DNA of 64,000 nt from IMG/VR virus record IMGVR_UViG_3300036770_003016; one strand, 5' to 3'. The position numbers and the translations under genes were made by a program. Every line of letters starts with the position of its first letter. Within the stretch, counting starts at the first letter, position 1. Source of the stretch: a virus. Below are positions 58,569 through 64,000 of this stretch, piece by piece. The notes under the pieces are model-generated. The model had not been told where the DNA came from and ran no database searches. It was given only the letters and a program-made list of their open reading frames with translations.

Positions 58569-58719
58569 TGGTTGCTGGTTACGACTCCAGCACAATCGTA
58601 TCGTCATTGTCGCTCGAATCACGCCTGTGTCTTCGTCAAAGGCTCGCCGCCTTTATACACGCTTCAGGTATTCGTGTTCTGGGATCAGCCCGAGGACTTT
58701 TCGGTCCCCACTTACTCCC
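58569..58719 (-). ncRNA. ~150-nt CCA-terminated structured RNA
   Basis: GGGGACCGAAAAGTCCTC hairpin; 3' TGCTGG-AGTCGTAA-CCAGCA-ACCA minihelix. Confidence 0.45.
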
Positions 58720-58821
58720 ATATTCAAGCACACTCGTTGTAGACTTTCTGTTAGTATCCCTTACGGGTCCCCGCTGGCAGCCCCAATGGCTGGGCCGGGC
58801 GACTAAGAATGTGCTTGAATA

Positions 58822-58907
58822 TGGTGGGCTTCGTTGGAATCGAACCAACGCTTTCTCTTTTCGATTGCTCTACTCAGAGTCGTGCCCCCAGCAAACACCA
58901 GAAGCCC
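58822..58907 (-). ncRNA. tRNA-like RNA with expanded anticodon loop
   Basis: Perfect GGGCTTC/GAAGCCC acceptor, D arm, canonical GTTCGATTC T arm, 17-nt anticodon-position loop. Confidence 0.7.
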
Positions 58908-59000
58908 AAATAAACTTTACCATATTGAAGCGCACTTAGACTACTACCCTACTCGAGCATAGCCTTTCAGAGCTTCACCCAAATGCACTTCAGTATGGTA

Positions 59001-59114
59001 TGGTAGCAGGAGTGGTTGCGATCCACTGCAGAGCACCGGGATTAAGGCCTTGTAGTTGGCTTGCTCTAGAGTCACCAATCTCTCAGAGGACCAATGACCG
59101 GCTTCATACCTGCC
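59001..59114 (-). ncRNA. tRNA-like RNA with two enlarged arms
   Basis: GGCAGG/CCTGCT-A-CCA acceptor; AGTGG-ATCGCAA-CCACT T arm; long internal hairpins. Confidence 0.55.
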
Positions 59115-59209
59115 CTACTACCATATTGAAACACACTGGTCGAAGCAGATACGGAAGACACCCGCTGCTGTTTCCGATGCCTAGTCGGACTCGTCAATGC
59201 GCTTCAATA

Positions 59210-59297
59210 TGGTGGGTGGTGATGGTAACGCTCCACGAGGCAACTTCCGATCTTATTATGCCGACGGTTTTACAGACCGCTGACCGGGGCACCACCC
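59210..59297 (-). tRNA. Non-canonical D-armless tRNA-Tyr (GTA)
   Basis: GGGTGGTG/CACCACCC-A-CCA; GCGGT-CTGTAAA-ACCGT; long variable arm; only a 9-nt connector in place of the D arm. Confidence 0.65.
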
Positions 59298-59302
59298 GTA
59301 TT

Positions 59303-59379
59303 TGGTACACCGTAGGGGATTTGAACCCCTGATCTTCTCCGTGAAAGGGAGATGTCCTAGGCCGCTAGACGAACGGTGC
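59303..59379 (-). tRNA. tRNA-Glu (TTC)
   Basis: Loop CTTTCAC. Confidence 0.9.
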
Positions 59380-59381
59380 AA

Positions 59382-59407
59382 GTAAACAACACAAATTTTT
59401 AAAGAAC
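59382..59407 (-). promoter_or_regulatory. rrn-like boxA antitermination element, copy 2
   Basis: GTTCTTTAAAAATTTGTGTTGTTTAC just downstream of the internal promoter. Confidence 0.65.
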
Positions 59408-59429
59408 AATTCATCACATCATGTAGATC

Positions 59430-59482
59430 ATTATACACTAAACCTACGAATTGTCAACTACTACTGTTGTAAAAAAACAACA
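59430..59482 (-). promoter_or_regulatory. Internal tRNA-operon promoter with upstream palindrome
   Basis: TTGACA-N16-TATAAT; TGTTG-N8-CAACA at 59465-59482. Confidence 0.78.
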
Positions 59483-59485
59483 GAG

Positions 59486-59563
59486 TGGAAGTACGGGTCG
59501 GATTCGAACCGACGAATCAAGAGTTTTGCAGGCTCCGCCATTAGACCGCTCTGGTACCGTACT
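59486..59563 (-). tRNA. tRNA-Cys (GCA)
   Basis: Loop CTGCAAA; U73. Confidence 0.88.
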
Positions 59564-59568
59564 ATAAC

Positions 59569-59658
59569 TGGTGGAGAATCAGGGAGTCGAACCCTGTGAC
59601 CCTATTTCTAGAATCTACGGATTAGCAATCCGCTGCATTACCATCCTGCCCATTCTCC
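59569..59658 (-). tRNA. tRNA-Ser (GCT)
   Basis: Loop TTGCTAA; long variable arm. Confidence 0.9.
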
Positions 59659-59662
59659 GAAT

Positions 59663-59754
59663 TGGTGGAAGCGGTGAGATTCGAACTCACGGGCCACTTT
59701 CATGACCGACAGTTTTCAAGACTGTTGCAATAAACCGGACTCTGCCACACTTCC
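59663..59754 (-). tRNA. tRNA-Ser (TGA)
   Basis: Loop CTTGAAA; long variable arm. Confidence 0.9.
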
Positions 59755-59825
59755 ATATGGAAACACATTGCCAAGTAGAGCCATGGTATCTTGTGCGGGA
59801 GCAACCCCTACAATGTGCTTTCATA

Positions 59826-59920
59826 TGGTCCTTGGACTAGGATTCGAACCTAGATCATCCCCTCATCTAGAGGCATCGCCGAGGTATAAGCTCGGAGTTT
59901 TACCATTAAACTATCCAAGG
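59826..59920 (-). tRNA. tRNA with TAT (Ile) anticodon and long variable arm
   Basis: CCGAG-CTTATAC-CTCGG; ~25-nt variable region; 95 nt. Confidence 0.75.
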
Positions 59921-59922
59921 AT

Positions 59923-60000
59923 TGGTGGGGGATACTGGATTCGAACCAGTGAATGTCGGATTCAAAATCCGATGCCTTAGACCAGCTTGGCTAATCCCCT
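59923..60000 (-). tRNA. tRNA-Gln (TTG)
   Basis: Loop TTTTGAA; weak 1:72 pair. Confidence 0.88.
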
Positions 60001-60002
60001 AA

Positions 60003-60027
60003 TAAACAACACAAATTTTTAAAGAGC
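60003..60027 (-). promoter_or_regulatory. rrn-like boxA antitermination element, copy 1
   Basis: GCTCTTTAAAAATTTGTGTTGTTTA, resembling boxA TGCTCTTTAACA. Confidence 0.7.
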
Positions 60028-60029
60028 GG

Positions 60030-60067
60030 AAAACAAAAACCCCCGAATTTTTTAGGTTCGGGGGTTT
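60030..60067 (-). terminator. Attenuator terminator upstream of tRNA operon
   Basis: 11-bp stem AAACCCCCGAA/TTCGGGGGTTT followed by TTGTTTT. Confidence 0.85.
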
Positions 60068-60092
60068 GTGTGAAAAACGATTAAAACTATTT

Positions 60093-60209
60093 TTACGCAA
60101 ACCCCCCAATATCACTAAAATTGCAATTTGGTGAGCGATACTCTGCCTGCCATGTGCCTGTTGCACTGGCCTTGAGAGTAATTGTAGTGAAATGTAAGGA
60201 AGTTTTCAT
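60093..60209 (-). CDS. Putative attenuator leader peptide (38 aa)
   Basis: MKTSLHFTTITLKASATGTWQAEYRSPNCNFSDIGGFA*; last codons overlap the antiterminator GGGGGTTTG. Confidence 0.65.
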   Translation of the reverse strand: MKTSLHFTTITLKASATGTWQAEYRSPNCNFSDIGGFA

Positions 60210-60218
60210 AGTTTTATA

Positions 60219-60247
60219 AGTGTATCACTGTATTTAGTAAAAGTCAA
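60219..60247 (-). promoter_or_regulatory. Sigma70-type promoter of tRNA operon leader
   Basis: TTGACT-N17-TACACT; late-promoter-like CTAAATA within the spacer. Confidence 0.6.
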
Positions 60248-60276
60248 GCGTCTTTTTTCATGTTTGCCAAAAATAA

Positions 60277-60762
60277 TTACGGTTGAATAGGCCAATTCAC
60301 TATCTTTGGGAATTCCGATTGTTGAGGTATTTCTCTTAAAAATTTTCGGTATTCAATCCATTGTTGTTTAATGGCATCTGGAATAGGAGAATCCGGCATA
60401 ACAGTCCAATCTGATTTTGCCAATAATTCGTCTCTCTTCTTCCTCACTTCACTTGATTTATAATCGAGCATTTCTTGTCTACTCTCTGGAGATCGTGGAG
60501 TGGGAACATGATTCTTATACCATTTGCCATCATCACCTTTAGTTGGAACACCCTCACTATATTCGTATTCAATCCAATCATATTCTATTTGTAAATGATG
60601 AACTAAAACATATCCACTAGGCAAAGGTTTAGTTTCATCATAAAATTTATCTAAATTTTCATCTACTTTAGCTATCTCTGGATACTCTTTAATCAAGATT
60701 CCTTCAGGTACTGGATACTCCAATACATTATCATTAGAATCTATTTTAGCAAAAAATCTCAT
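60277..60762 (-). CDS. Tail fibre assembly chaperone
   Basis: VRKKRDELLAKSDWTVMPDSP...W.EYR..LREIPQQ..FP....WP. Confidence 0.8.
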   Translation of the reverse strand: MRFFAKIDSNDNVLEYPVPEGILIKEYPEIAKVDENLDKFYDETKPLPSGYVLVHHLQIEYDWIEYEYSEGVPTKGDDGKWYKNHVPTPRSPESRQEMLDYKSSEVRKKRDELLAKSDWTVMPDSPIPDAIKQQWIEYRKFLREIPQQSEFPKIVNWPIQP

Positions 60763-60771
60763 ATAATTTCC

Positions 60772-61236
60772 TTATTGATCTTCTGAAGTTATCTGAACTA
60801 TATCCAACAAATTTAATGGAACCCAAGCAGAATCTCCATTCTCATTTTGAATCTCTTTAGCAACTCTTGGTTGCATAGTTTCCAAAGTTTGTTTAACAAC
60901 ATCAACTATACTTTGGCGCATTTCACTTTCAGTTTCATATGTAGTATACATTCCAGTAATAGGATTAAAAACTTGATATTTTTCTAACATCGTTACTTGC
61001 TCTCCATTGTAATAAACATACTCTTTACTTTTTTTAAGTTTATCAAACCATTCTAACCACCCAGTTGTACTTTGTGGATTAGCTTCTATATATTCTAATA
61101 AAACATTTCTACCATAATCCCAATCTATGTACGGACTATATTCAAAATCAAGTTGAAATGTATTTTTAGTCCATTCATAAGCTTCATCACAAACTCCATT
61201 ATCTTTTAAGAAATCTAAAGAAAGTCTCTGTATCAT
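60772..61236 (-). CDS. Hypothetical protein in tail-fibre module
   Basis: 154-aa ORF coupled to neighbours. Confidence 0.5.
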   Translation of the reverse strand: MIQRLSLDFLKDNGVCDEAYEWTKNTFQLDFEYSPYIDWDYGRNVLLEYIEANPQSTTGWLEWFDKLKKSKEYVYYNGEQVTMLEKYQVFNPITGMYTTYETESEMRQSIVDVVKQTLETMQPRVAKEIQNENGDSAWVPLNLLDIVQITSEDQ

Positions 61237-63968
61237 ACTACTGCTCCAAAAACACGATTAGTTGGGAAACCCCCAATCCAAGTTACTGTAACGCCGTTAA
61301 TTGTTTGTATAGATGGCCCACCAGAACTTGCTGGTGTTTCACTGTTGTTAAAAGAGATTCCCCCACCAGCAGCACCAAATCCACCACCTCCAGCACCACC
61401 GTGTGGATAAACATTTTTGTATACCAAAGGACTACCTCCAGCTACACCAGCAGAACCTCCGGCTCCACTTGATTTGGGAGTTACGTTAAAAGCTAAAGAA
61501 CAAGCACCAGATCCTCCACCTGTTCCACCAATACCACCACCTTGTTGGTTAGTTACTGCTGGAGCTCCAACTCCAGGAAATACTCTACCGCCACCGCCAC
61601 CTCCAAATATATTGAAATCTGGACCAGAAACGGCAGTTCCGTTTGCACCAGAATTACCAATTGATCCACCAGCACCACCTTGTGCAAAATTGCCAGAAAA
61701 ATAACCAACTCCGCCAATACCACCACCTTGACCACCGCCTCCACCAACGGTATAGCCATTTACGTCGTTTATATATGATGCACCTCCTCCACCACCGCCT
61801 CCAATATATCCATTTGAACTATTAATGTTTAATTCAACTGATGTTAGTATTGCTGGCCCACCATTTTGACCAGCAACATTCTGAAGACTAGGAACAGCAT
61901 TTCCAGCATTTCCAGCATTACCTCCTCTACCCATTATATACCCATAGTTTTCTATCACTAATCCGTTTGGAAAATTACCATCAATAGTTAATGCTGGAAC
62001 AGAGGTGTTATCACTCCAAATGTAAACACCAGAATTGACTGTCACATATACAGGGTTAACTCCATTCCAACCTTGTGCCAACAACCAATTTCTCAAATTC
62101 AATTCTTGTTGATTTGTAGTTATTGTATAGTATTCACTTGTAGATGAAGAAGGAGCCGTAGTATATGTCGTATTTGGATATGATGCTGTCTTAGTAATTG
62201 GATTACCCTGTGAAGTAGACCATCCCAACCATGTTCTTGGTGTCACAGAAAATTCATTTGGATCCATATAAACTGGTTCTACTTCTCTTTGTGTAAGTCC
62301 ACTTGGCGTATACAAAACTATAGCACTATCATACATATAGTTTGATATTGTCTTATATGTCACATTACCATAAATTTGATCACCATATCTTGCTTGTGGA
62401 TCAGGCCATCTTGGAGGGTCTCCAACTTTTTGGTACCAAACATTTGTGAGATAATAATCGATCTCTGTTAATGTTGGCATAATAGTCAATATCAAATCAT
62501 TTTTAGTGCCAGTTTTTGTTTTAGAAGTTGCAGCTAATCCAATTCTTTTCTTATTAGTTCTCTGTTGAAATGCCGAGCAATAATTATATAAATCTAAAAA
62601 CATATTGGTTTCAGTATAGGTATTGTCCCTTGCATACCAACTAGCAAGTCCAGAACCGTCACCAACTGTGGTATTTTTAGCATTAAGATCCGCAACAATT
62701 ATTCTTCCACCAGTAACTGGTAAAGTTTCATTTTCTGGTTGTAATAACTGAGAAAATAAATTCAAAACTTGACCATTATCACCAGGTTCTCTGTATATAA
62801 CATCAGTAAAACGTATTGGACTATTTTCATCAACAATAAAAGCCGCTTTTGGTATTCTAAAGGTATCCCAAGTATTTGGTTCAGGACTCCAAAAAGGACC
62901 AGAAGTTTGAGCATATGAAGTGGTGTCATCTACCCATCCAGCTGACATCTCATAACCATCACGAACAGTAGAATTAGGATCTCCAGAACCATTCATCATA
63001 AATTTACAATGATAAGAAGCTTCAGTGTAAAAATCAACATTATTGAAATATTCAACTTGACTACCATAAACAGCACCTTCTGAATCTGAAGTAGTCAGTA
63101 CCATCTCATAATAATCAATAGTAGTTGAAGTGGTTGACGGATAAGTTCCACCACGATATTCAAAACCATATTTTTCAATTACACCAGTTCCAGCATTAAT
63201 ACCCATCACTAATACACTAGTCTTATTTAAAGCTCCAGTTGATATTGGGTTATTATTTGCTATCATGGACACATATATACGATTTCTAACTGGTTCATGA
63301 ATGAAACTACTAATTTTAGTAATTTGTATTGGATAAAATACACTTCCAGTTATATTCTTATATGGATATCTTCTTGCCCAAGCTATAGAAGATGAACTAG
63401 TAATACTGGAAATTGGACCATTAAATTTAACAATAATAAGTTCGTTTACACTTGCATCATGCGTAGCAATCATATAAACATCGTCATTATTTTTATCTTT
63501 GGTCCAGTGAACATTGTTAAAAGAGAGTGTGTTGTGTTGTATACGGCGATGAAGAACATCCGTAAAACCAGCATCATATTCTAACAGATATGCTCTAGCA
63601 CGATCACTCGTATTTGCTTTTTCATCATAACCACCAACAACAAAATTATTACTAGAAGTACTAAAAGAAGTTGTATGAATATATTTTGTAGTACCAGCCC
63701 CACCGCCACTAAGATTTGTCTTAATTGACCATAACTCTTGTCCATCACGATCAAATACGGCAGTTGGCATCATCCATGCTTGTAAACTGGTATCATACAT
63801 TGTAGAACTAAAGAAAAATAATCCATTATCATTAATCGCACCAACAGGTGTATCTAATGATGCTGAACTAGTCCATTTTCTTGTGAAAATACCAACCAAA
63901 TCAACTCTTGCTAAATCAAGTGCTGAAATTGCGCCACTAGAAGGCACATTACCCCTATATCCACTCAC
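61233..63968 (-). CDS. Receptor-binding protein with gp38-like glycine-rich adhesin C-terminus
   Basis: PSSGAIS start; NYGYIMGRGG..G..GGPAI....NGYIGGGGGGG and GGAGG polyglycine motifs. Confidence 0.75.
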   Translation of the reverse strand: MSGYRGNVPSSGAISALDLARVDLVGIFTRKWTSSASLDTPVGAINDNGLFFFSSTMYDTSLQAWMMPTAVFDRDGQELWSIKTNLSGGGAGTTKYIHTTSFSTSSNNFVVGGYDEKANTSDRARAYLLEYDAGFTDVLHRRIQHNTLSFNNVHWTKDKNNDDVYMIATHDASVNELIIVKFNGPISSITSSSSIAWARRYPYKNITGSVFYPIQITKISSFIHEPVRNRIYVSMIANNNPISTGALNKTSVLVMGINAGTGVIEKYGFEYRGGTYPSTTSTTIDYYEMVLTTSDSEGAVYGSQVEYFNNVDFYTEASYHCKFMMNGSGDPNSTVRDGYEMSAGWVDDTTSYAQTSGPFWSPEPNTWDTFRIPKAAFIVDENSPIRFTDVIYREPGDNGQVLNLFSQLLQPENETLPVTGGRIIVADLNAKNTTVGDGSGLASWYARDNTYTETNMFLDLYNYCSAFQQRTNKKRIGLAATSKTKTGTKNDLILTIMPTLTEIDYYLTNVWYQKVGDPPRWPDPQARYGDQIYGNVTYKTISNYMYDSAIVLYTPSGLTQREVEPVYMDPNEFSVTPRTWLGWSTSQGNPITKTASYPNTTYTTAPSSSTSEYYTITTNQQELNLRNWLLAQGWNGVNPVYVTVNSGVYIWSDNTSVPALTIDGNFPNGLVIENYGYIMGRGGNAGNAGNAVPSLQNVAGQNGGPAILTSVELNINSSNGYIGGGGGGGASYINDVNGYTVGGGGGQGGGIGGVGYFSGNFAQGGAGGSIGNSGANGTAVSGPDFNIFGGGGGGRVFPGVGAPAVTNQQGGGIGGTGGGSGACSLAFNVTPKSSGAGGSAGVAGGSPLVYKNVYPHGGAGGGGFGAAGGGISFNNSETPASSGGPSIQTINGVTVTWIGGFPTNRVFGAVV

Positions 63969-64000
63969 ACCTGTAGGGACATAGGGGCCTCCCGAATAGT

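Larger units (their letters stand above)
58242..59828. repeat. Family of six ~17-bp inverted-repeat cassettes (CCATATTGAAGCACACT...AGTGTGCTTCAATATGG consensus)
   Basis: Copies at 58242-58304, 58464-58571, 58718-58824, 58920-58997, 59121-59212, 59753-59828, with unrelated ~30-75 nt inserts. Confidence 0.88.

Noticed and set aside
58242-59212. CRISPR array interpretation of the CCATATTGAAGCACACT repeats
   Set aside because: Repeats alternate in orientation as inverted pairs, spacing is irregular (30-160 nt), intervening sequences are structured or tRNA-like, and no cas operon is in the window.
59464-59483. LexA SOS box at promoter palindromes
   Set aside because: Spacing is CTGT-N12-ACAG here rather than CTGT-N8-ACAG, and the outer C/G is not conserved across copies.
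55925-59980. Short ORFs listed across the tRNA region (e.g. 57107..57490, 58516..58806, 59000..59332)
   Set aside because: They overlap clear tRNA/ncRNA genes, mostly antisense, and have no recognisable protein motifs; they are by-products of GC-rich RNA genes.
1-64000. Stop-codon reassignment / suppressor tRNA
   Set aside because: Core genes are intact in the standard code, with TAA, TAG and TGA all used as stops; no tRNA with a CTA, TTA or TCA anticodon was found.

Overview
AT-rich segment of a large T4-like myovirus, most genes on the minus strand. The host is probably a betaproteobacterium, inferred from the tmRNA tag ANDERFALAA. Positions 1-31 kb hold tail-fibre and baseplate genes (VrlC-like, gp8, gp7, gp6, gp25, split gp5, gp53, gp48, gp4, gp2, gp54-like, gp26/gp51, gp29-like). 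Positions 31-48 kb hold replication, early and auxiliary genes (gp32, gp59, gp33, SleB hydrolase, exonuclease, heme oxygenase, ClpP, RNase H) plus a circularly permuted two-piece tmRNA. Positions 48.7-55.5 kb are an ADP-heptose/glycosyltransferase operon, 55.5-60.2 kb a large tRNA/ncRNA operon, and 60.3-64 kb tail-fibre tip genes. The most striking material is non-coding. The tRNA operon is headed by an apparent leader-peptide attenuator: a 38-aa uORF containing 19 of the 20 amino acids and overlapping an antiterminator. The operon also carries rrn-like boxA sites and a long-range leader/trailer duplex, a family of ~17-bp inverted-repeat cassettes enclosing variable structured RNAs, and several non-canonical tRNA-like RNAs, including a D-armless tRNA-Tyr. 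A putative -1 frameshift fuses gp26 to gp51. All calls come from reading the sequence; no searches or folding programs were run.
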